Shown: piece after piece, positions 56,502 through 64,000 of the stretch
Layout of the letters: each line of letters starts with the position of its first letter
Numbering within the stretch: the first letter of the stretch is position 1
NCBI GenBank assembly: GCA_964016885.1
Contig: OZ024742.1
Span: forward strand, 218,612,001-218,676,000
DNA: 64,000 bases
Reading direction: 5' to 3'
DNA from: Eledone cirrhosa
Taxonomy: Eukaryota
Notes under the pieces: model-generated
Told to the model about the DNA's origin: nothing
The model's input: the letters and a program-made list of their open reading frames with translations, nothing else
The model's database searches: none
Position numbers and translations under genes: made by a program

Positions 56502-57527
56502 ATATTACATTATATTACAGTATATTACAGTACAGTATATTACAGTATATTATATTACATTATATTACAGTACAGTATATTACAGTATATTACAGTACAG
56601 TATATTACAGTATATTACAGTACAGTATATTACAGTACAGTATATTACAGTATATTACAGTACAGTATATTACAGTATATTACAGTACAGTATATTACAG
56701 TACAGTATATTACAGTATATTATATTACAGTATATTACATTATAGTACAGTATATTACAGTACAGTATATTACAGTATATTATATTACACTATATTACAG
56801 TACATTACAGTACAGTATATTACAGTACAGTATATTACAGTATATTATATTACAGTATATTACAGTACAGTATATTACAGTACAGTATATTACAGTACAG
56901 TATATTACAGTATAGTATATTACATTATATTACAGTATATTATATTACATTATATTACAGTACAGTATATTACAGTATATTACAGTACAGTATATTACAT
57001 TATATTACAGTACAGTATATTACAGTAGAGTATATTACAGTATATTATATTACAGTATATTACAGTACAGTATATTACTTTATATTATATTACAGTATAT
57101 TACAGTACAGTATATTACATTATATTACAGTACAGTATATTACAGTACATTATATTACAGTATATTATATTACAGTATATTACAGTATAGTATATTACAT
57201 TATATTACAGTACAGTATATTACAGTACAGTATATTACATTATATTACAGTACAGTATATTACAGTACAGTATATTACATTATATTACAGTACAGTATAT
57301 TACAGTACAGTATATTACAGTATATTATATTACAGTATATTACAGTACAGTATATTACAGTACAGTATATTAAGTATATTATATTACAGTATATTACAGT
57401 ACAGTATATTACAGTACAGTATATTACAGTACAGTATATTACAGTATATCATATTACAGTATATTACAGTATAGTATATTTCAGTATATTACAGTACAGT
57501 ATATTACATTATATTACAATACATTAG

Positions 57528-58916
57528 ACGCAAATAAGACCCATCGTCTCTAGCATAGAAGGACCCCTATACAAAATTTCCTGGCTCCTCTCCCAGGTCC
57601 TCAAGCCTCTACTCTCCACCTTTCCCGGGAATGTCAGTAGCTGCGACGAAGTTATACGTAGACTACACCAACTCCAGCCAGAACAACTTAAACTAAATAA
57701 ATACGCTTTTAGCCTCGATGTTGTCTCCCTCTACACTACAGTCGCCGCTCATCCAGCTGTCGATTTATTGACGGACTGCGTGGTCGCAGAGGACATCCAC
57801 TGCTACGACCTCCACCCGACGGACATACACCAGCTTTTGTCCTTCACAGTAGACAACACGTACTTCACCTTCCACCACCACACATACAGACAGACAACAG
57901 GATTACCCATGGGATCCAGCTTATCGGGCCTGCTGGCCATCACCTACATGAACCAGCTAGAATGCCGAGCCCTCAACACCTGCCATTCCCATGCCTTCTT
58001 CGCCCGATATGTAGATGACATACTCATCCTTACATCATCCCGCGAGGAGGCAGATAAAATATACACAACATTCTCCAGCATGGACGCCAGTATAAAGTTC
58101 AGCATGGAACACCCCGATGACCGCGGATCCCTATCCCTACTGGACTTCCAACTCAGGGTAACAGAGGAAGGCAACATCCACACCTGCTTCTATAAAAAAG
58201 CCGCCAGCAGGGACCTGTTCGTACATTTCAGATCGGCCCTCCCACTCGGTGCCAAGTTCGGATACATAAGGAACGAACTGGCACGTATCCGGAACAAATG
58301 CACCGACGCTAGAGACCGAGACACACACACCACACATTTCCTGGAAGTACTCAAACTGAACGGATACACGACATCCACCACAAACCGTGCCAGAAAGAAC
58401 AGAGGACACCACACCCGAGGCACTAACACTTGCTTCCTGAAGCCCCCACACTTCAGTGATGAAACAACAACAGCCATCCGCAGAGCCATCAGACGAGAGG
58501 GACTGGATATCCAACTGGCCCACTCGGGTCCTTCTCTGCGCGGACGGCTGGCCAAGAGACACTCCACCAGACATGACAACTGCTGCAGACTAGCCAACTG
58601 CCCCATCAACGACACAGACCTATGCCACCAGGCTTACGTCGTATACAGACTAGAGTGTGACAAATGCAACAACTTCTACGTAGGTAGCACCACCAGACCA
58701 CTCCACATAAGAATAAAAGAACACCTCAATACTAACGCTTCCTCATTTAAGAAACACCTAGTTAAATGCAAAAACACCGACAAAACCATAACAGTTAGGA
58801 TAGAAACTAAGGAAAGAAACCTCGGCAATCTTAGAATTAAGGAAGCACTAATTATAGATAAAACACAACCACCAATCAATAATAGACTAGAACTCAACAC
58901 CCAATTTATAACCTGA
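57528..58916 (+). CDS. Penelope-like RT + GIY-YIG endonuclease (N-terminally truncated, uninterrupted)
   Basis: IRPIVSS, FSLDVVSLYT, QTTGLPMGSSLS, RYVDD, LSLLD, VVYRLECDKCNNFYVGSTTRPLHIRIKEH; the frame is open upstream of the listed 57768 start. Confidence 0.9.
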   Translation, partial: TQIRPIVSSIEGPLYKISWLLSQVLKPLLSTFPGNVSSCDEVIRRLHQLQPEQLKLNKYAFSLDVVSLYTTVAAHPAVDLLTDCVVAEDIHCYDLHPTDIHQLLSFTVDNTYFTFHHHTYRQTTGLPMGSSLSGLLAITYMNQLECRALNTCHSHAFFARYVDDILILTSSREEADKIYTTFSSMDASIKFSMEHPDDRGSLSLLDFQLRVTEEGNIHTCFYKKAASRDLFVHFRSALPLGAKFGYIRNELARIRNKCTDARDRDTHTTHFLEVLKLNGYTTSTTNRARKNRGHHTRGTNTCFLKPPHFSDETTTAIRRAIRREGLDIQLAHSGPSLRGRLAKRHSTRHDNCCRLANCPINDTDLCHQAYVVYRLECDKCNNFYVGSTTRPLHIRIKEHLNTNASSFKKHLVKCKNTDKTITVRIETKERNLGNLRIKEALIIDKTQPPINNRLELNTQFIT

Positions 58917-59327
58917 TAGGGCTTCTAGCCCCATATTTACCCCCCCACCCCACCCCACCACACACACACACACGCACGCGCACACACACACGCTTACACC
59001 TCCACTTATTCTCTCTCACACATACACACACAAAACCAGTTCTAACACCAGATAACACCTATCCCCCACATTTACGAATAGACTTATCTTCTCACACTCA
59101 TACACACACACTCACATACTTACACCTTCATGCATTCTCCCACACACTTATACAGGCATGTATATAAAATTTAAAAAATAAAAAAAAACCTAAACAAACC
59201 CCTTTTAAAGGGAGACTACTCTTTATCCACCTAATTTAAACTCTTTGACATTAGAGATAGAACAGATACTCTATACTATTTCCTGTCAGCATGGCTTGGC
59301 AAGATATTTAGAACGCTGGTTTGAGAC

Positions 59328-59385
59328 ATTTATTTCCCTCTGAAGAAGAGATATTATCTTGAAAATTAAGGACATTTAAATAAAT
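59328..59385 (+). ncRNA. Minimal type-I hammerhead-ribozyme-like motif in the Penelope 3' region
   Basis: ATTTATTT-c-CCT CTGAAGA A GAGATA-T-TATCTT GAAA ATTA AGG ... AAATAAAT: core boxes, stem II, bipartite stem I. Confidence 0.6.
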
Positions 59386-59485
59386 CTAAGGTAAAGGACG
59401 AATTGTCAACAATATCTTTTACAATTCCATTCTTTTTTCTATGTCCATACCTGCATTGTTTTGGCTTTATTACACATATTCAAAC

Positions 59486-59487
<2 letters not shown>

Positions 59488-59562
<75 letters not shown>
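59488..59562. repeat. (TA)n followed by (CA)n microsatellite
   Basis: Directly visible. Confidence 0.95.
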
Positions 59563-59580
59563 GAAATATATGGGCATTTC

Positions 59581-59614
<34 letters not shown>

Positions 59615-59837
59615 CTTCCCTAAAACTCAAATGTAGGTGCTACAGAAATATTACCTTCCCCTTCCTTTCTCCACTTTGGTACTACCAAGAGAAACACTGT
59701 CGCTATAGAAACATTACCTTCCCCTCTCCACTGACTTTGGTCACTGAGGCCGAGGGAATCGCTGGTTGCTATAGAGACACCTTGCACAAGCCAGAAGTAA
59801 CCAGTTCGAGGCGGTTCTGACTTGACACCATGCCAAG

Positions 59838-60351
59838 TCTACTTATAATATATAATGGGCATTTCTCTGTTTGTTTGTCTGTCTGTCCGTCTGTAAAAAA
59901 TACCAAGGAAACAAATAGACGCGGTTTCAAATCTCTATGCTTTTCAAATTCATTACATTAATCTTTATTTATACGTTTCGCTTTACGAGTGTTTCGACTT
60001 ACGAGTGTTTCGGCTTACGAGTGTTTCGGCTTATCATTATATATAAACGTTTCTATTTCCATCGTTTTATCGTAAACGTTTATATATTTCCATCGTTATA
60101 TCATAACGTTTATGTATCATAACGTTTATATTTCCGTCACTAATCTCTTTTTCTCCCTTTTCGTTTTAACATATATTTATTTCAAAGATTTCACCGTATA
60201 GATAATATATATATTTATACATGCATAAAAGACACACCGAGAGACGGTGAACATGTGGTGCCGAAAACATTTCTCATCCAAATCTCAACAATATCAGTAT
60301 ATACACTAGATTTGCTAGCAGAAAACCGCCTACCAGGTGGTTTTCTGCTAG
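59838..60351 (+). mobile_element. Non-autonomous Helitron-like element
   Basis: Starts TC, followed by (TCTG)n; ends with palindrome 60315-60351 and CTAG. A related 5' segment lies at ~59563-59630. Confidence 0.55.
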
Positions 60352-60827
60352 TCTATATATCTAAAACAGAGAATGTCTGTCTGTCTGTCCGATCACTAAA
60401 ACTCGAGAACCACCCAACAAATTGTTTTCAAACTTTACATATGTAATACTTATTGTCCTGTGAGTGTTTTGAGCAAATAAAATTTCAAATTTTCAATGCC
60501 CTAGGGACCGCATTGGGCGATTTAGCGATCTCTTTCTATAATTCTTAGTCTTTCTCTTTTTAGATAGATATATAGATATAACGTTGCGCCGTTATAATAT
60601 CGGTCTGTATGCCTGGCTGTCTGCATTACGACATTATGACGTAGCTGTGTGTGTGTATGTATATATAGTGTGTGTGTATATATATATATAGTGTGTGTAA
60701 CATTTTTCGAAATATTTACTTCTGTGTTCACAGATTGATTTTTTTTAGTTTCAGAAGATCCCGTTAAGGGTGAAAGCAGCGATTCTTTGCTTAAACTTTA
60801 ATCTGCTATTTTAATATATATATATAT

Positions 60828-61171
60828 ATCATCATCATCATCATTTCATTTTACGTCCACTTTTTCCCTGCTTGCATGGGTGGGACGGGAACTGATTCTG
60901 GCTTGATTTCTACAGCTGGATGCCCTTCCTAACACCAACCTCATTTACAGTGAGTGCTGGGTGCTTTTTGCCGTGGCACCTCCACGACCACTTTGCAGTG
61001 GAATGATATGGACCCCAATCCCTATCATCTCATTTCTACAGCTGAGTAAACTGGAGCAATGTGAAATAAAGTGACTTGCTCAAGGAAACAACACATCACC
61101 CGGTCTGAGAATTGAACTCACAACCTTTCGATTGCAAGCCCAATGCTCTAACCACGAAGCCATGTGCCTCC
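60828..61171 (-). mobile_element. tRNA-derived SINE with CORE-like domain and RTE-type (GAT)n tail
   Basis: Minus A-box TGGCTTCGTGG, B-box GAGTTCAATTC; aaactggagcaatgtgaaataaagtgacttgctcaagg resembles the CORE/MIR motif. Confidence 0.75.
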
Positions 61172-61442
61172 ATAATTATATATTCGTGTACAGATATTTT
61201 TGCATACACAATAACAAAATATAAACAAACGTATTTATTTCACGAGGCTCGATAAGGATAAATATATATCATTTTTGCATACACAATAACAAAATATAAA
61301 CAAAAGTATTTTTTCGCGATAAGTATTGATTTTCTTCGCACGGAAAAAATCCCTGGTAATCTACGACAAATTTATTTTATAAGCACAAAATGTAGACACC
61401 ATCCCGAGGCTGAGGTATTCCGTACTTCTCTGTACTGTTATA

Positions 61443-61708
61443 TCATCATCATTTCATTTTACGTCTGCTTTTCCCTGCTTGCAAGGGTGGAACGAGAACA
61501 GATTCTGGCTTGATTTCTACAGCTGGATGCCCTTCCTAACACCAACCTCATTTACAGTGAGTGCTGGGTGCTTTTTGCCGTGGCACCTCCACGACCACTT
61601 TGCTGTGGAATGATATGGACCCCAATCCCTATCATCTCATTTCTACAGCTGAGTAAACTGGAGCAATGTGAAATAAAGTGTCTTGCTCAAGGAAACAACA
61701 CATCACCC

Positions 61709-61710
<2 letters not shown>
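61443..61710 (-). mobile_element. Duplicate of the 60828 SINE, head replaced by (TA)n
   Basis: Near-identical to 60835-61103, followed by (TA)n 61711-61771 and the same downstream flank. Confidence 0.8.
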
Positions 61711-61773
<63 letters not shown>

Positions 61774-61954
61774 TTATATATTCGTGTGCAGATATTTTTG
61801 CATACGCAATAACAAAATATAATAAGCAAATGTATTTATTTCACGAGGCTCGATAAGGATAAATATATATCAAATATATAAGAACCCTAGAGCAAATCCT
61901 GAGCAACGCCGGGCCATTCTGCTAGTAATTTATTATATTATGGGTACAGTCATG

Positions 61955-62135
61955 GGCGGTGAATTGGCAGTATCGGTAGAGGGTCAGACATGCTTCCCAG
62001 CATAGTTACGTCCCTTTACGATCTGAGTTCAAATGCCGCCGAGGTTAACTTTGCCTTTCATCCTTACGGGGTCGATAAAATAAAGTACCAGTAATGTACT
62101 GGGTAATTCCCAGCCTTGTGCCAAAAGTAGAAACA
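61955..62135 (+). mobile_element. Full-length tRNA-derived SINE with 18-bp TSD
   Basis: TSD ATTATGGGTACAGTCATG at 61937-61954 and 62136-62153; A/B boxes present. Confidence 0.92.
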
Positions 62136-62140
62136 ATTAT

Positions 62141-62280
62141 GGGTACAGTCATGACTGTGTGGTTAAGTAGTTTGCTTTAGAAACATGCAGTTTTAGGTTC
62201 AATCTCTTTCTTGAGCCAACCAATGCGTTATGAATTAGTTTGGTAGATGGAAACTTTGAAGAATCTCATCACAACTCATC
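62141..62280 (+). mobile_element. Older tRNA-derived SINE head hosting the 61955 insertion
   Basis: tgactgtgtggttaag (A-box-like) and ggttcaatc (B-box-like). Confidence 0.5.
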
Positions 62281-62292
62281 ATATCTATATCC

Positions 62293-62331
<39 letters not shown>

Positions 62332-62409
62332 GATGTGGATCTGTGGTTATTTTAATGGGAATTATGAATGCAGGTCAGCAGTTTGCTTTTTGAGTGTTTT
62401 CTTTGTGGG

Positions 62410-64000
62410 TTATATAATAATAACAATAATGAAAATATTGTGTACAGTGCTCAGGTGCACTACAACTCATCAAAAGTGTATGTATAGTAGATAGGATAAT
62501 GTACAAACGCCAGGAAAATGAGCAGTGCATGAGTCATGATATACACATGTGTGCATGTGTATGGAAGGGGTACATCAGGTGTAGTTTTTTCAAATTCAAG
62601 CACTGCCTTTTTTGTCAGTTTCTTGCGATAGTTGGAAGATTTATTCCGCTTTTTTCTGTTGGCATCTGATTTATGCAGTTTATATTCCCGTTCAGCGTTC
62701 CGACATTCTTTCTTGGCAAGTCGGACCACTGAAGTTTCCCAAATTGCACTTTTGAGGTGGGTTTTTTTCTGCTTACGCGGCACTGATGCTGCACACGCTA
62801 TCCATATTGAGTCCAGGATGCTCTGGAGTATAGTGTTAACATCTCCAGAGTTATAGAACTCATGCCAGTTTGGACGCTGTAGCTCAGTGCAGTACAAGTT
62901 CCAATCTGCTTTCTTCCAATCAAAGCAAGCAGATTGGCGATGGTTCTGGTTTTTGTTGCTGCTCGCAAGAGCCAGATTGGCAATGATCATAGCATGATCA
63001 GAGTCGCCTAGAGGTTCCTCAGTAGTACAACTGATAACCACTTCAGGAGTAGTGGTGAAGATCAGGTTCAAAGTGTTGTCACCTCTTGTTGGAGAGGTGA
63101 CTACTTGTGACCAGTTTGAGTCCAGCACTAGCTCAAGGAAATCGTTTGCACTTTCTCGCCAACGAAAGGTTTCCCAATCGATCTCAGGATGATTGAAGTC
63201 ACCTGCAATAAACACATAAGTGGCTTTTTTCCTGGCAGCAGCTCTGAGGATATCGCAAAGCTGTGTGTCATGATGGTAGTTTGGGGGGCGATAAACAACA
63301 CCAAGCAGAAGTGTTGACATGGTCATAAGTATGTCACAGAAAAAAACTTCTTCTTGTGATTCGTTCAAATCAACGTAAGGAATTACCGAAAAGTTTGAAC
63401 GAACGTAGACCATCACACCACCACCACGGCGATTAATGCGGTCCTTGCGGAACAGGTTGTACCCAGTAATGTTGAAAACCCCATCACAGAGTAAGGAATG
63501 TGTCCATGTTTCCGTGACTGTGATGAAGTCAGGGTTGATGCTTCTGACATAGGAGTTAAACAGATGTATCTTGTTGCATAAACTGTGATCATTTAAGGAC
63601 AACAATTTGTACCCTGCTTGCAGTTTATGATGGTGTGTAGAGGATGGCAGGTTGTTCTGGTTTAGTTTCCCAGAGTTGTTGCAGTTTTTTTATTGCCAGT
63701 TATTGTGGGTGGAGCACACTCAGACCAGCTGGTATCTCTCTTCCACGTTTCACAAACCTCCAGATCTGCCCATCATCACGCAGACTAAAACTTTCATGTT
63801 GTGTTGAGTTCCGGTCAAAGGAAGCTGCAGCATGTAGCTTTGGACGTACATGGGGTGGTACGCCTGGGCATGTTCGGAAGGTAATCAGATTTTCACGCCC
63901 AGCTTTAACAGAGGCCAGATGATATGAAATTGCCTCAGCGGGGTCCCAAAAAGACAGCCTGATGAGTCTGGGTTTTGGACCAGGTTGACCAAGGCGGAAA
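62410..64000 (-). mobile_element. CR1-group LINE: ORF1 C-terminus, APE endonuclease and linker joined directly to a 3' end (RT deleted); extends right of window
   Basis: ORF 62460-63605: ITVTETW, RKDR..RGGGV, VYRPP, GDFNHP, PTRGDNTLNL, SDH. ORF1-like FRLG..PRLI near 63960-64000. (ATT)-like tail near 62415-62432. Confidence 0.82.

Larger units (their letters stand above)
23928..57525 (+). repeat. ~33.6-kb complex pentamer satellite (ACAGT/ATATT/ACATT/ATAGT; consensus AYAKT) with embedded SINEs and a LINE fragment
   Basis: Continuous 5-bp-register array visible directly; dominant units ATATTACAGT and ACAGTATATTACAGT. Confidence 0.98.
57526..59487 (+). mobile_element. 5'-truncated Penelope-like retroelement (possibly Naiad-like)
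   Basis: Open RT/GIY-YIG frame, 3' UTR with hammerhead core, ends at a (TA)n tract. Confidence 0.9.
60352..61925 (+). mobile_element. Non-autonomous Helitron-like element containing duplicated SINEs
   Basis: 5' TCTATATAT..(TCTG)n; 3' hairpin CCTGAGCAACGCCGGG, then CTAG|T at 61922-61926. Confidence 0.65.

Noticed and set aside
25069-57028. Many long + strand ORFs (up to 972 aa) of YITVQ/YSILQ/YYSTV repeats
   Set aside because: Satellite words contain no stop codon on the + strand, so all three frames are open; starts are sporadic variants or SINE-internal ATGs.
23928-57525. Telomeric or telomerase-made repeat
   Set aside because: Not G-rich, no TTAGGG, and flanked by ordinary sequence on both sides; kb-scale duplications favour recombinational growth.
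57944-58900. Antisense ORFs over the Penelope element (and similar ones over the CRE, RTE and CR1 elements)
   Set aside because: Shadow frames of GC-richer TE coding sequence without motifs.
59403-59820. YIYIYI/CLSV ORFs, also the F/S-rich ORF at 9476-9682
   Set aside because: Translations of (TA)n, (TCTG)n and purine-tract low-complexity DNA.
60755-60810. Strong acceptor ttttttttagtttcag as the next host exon
   Set aside because: Lies inside a Helitron-like element, all frames stop within 20 codons, and no clear donor.

Overview
Repeat-dominated eukaryotic DNA, most likely from an octopod cephalopod. This is an inference from tRNA-derived SINEs and (GAT)n-tailed RTE LINEs resembling octopus families. 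Positions 1-23.9 kb are a mosaic of a CRE-type non-LTR pseudogene, several decayed RTE LINEs, an R4/Dong-type fragment, SINEs, TTAA-flanked MITEs, hammerhead-ribozyme-like motifs and a young non-autonomous Gypsy-type LTR element (545-bp LTRs, AATC TSD). Three phase-compatible candidate exons of an unidentified + strand host gene lie among them (2427, 6199, 23764). About 23.93-57.53 kb is a ~33.6-kb satellite built from 5-bp words (ACAGT/ATATT/ACATT/ATAGT). It shows kb-scale higher-order duplications, six near-identical embedded SINE copies and one young Tx1/L1 3' fragment. A 5'-truncated but open Penelope-like RT/GIY-YIG element with a hammerhead motif abuts its right edge, followed by tandem non-autonomous Helitrons, SINEs and an internally deleted CR1-like LINE. 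The long Y/S/I/L/Q/T/V ORFs are satellite artefacts. Nothing was checked against databases; family assignments rest on motifs recognised by eye.
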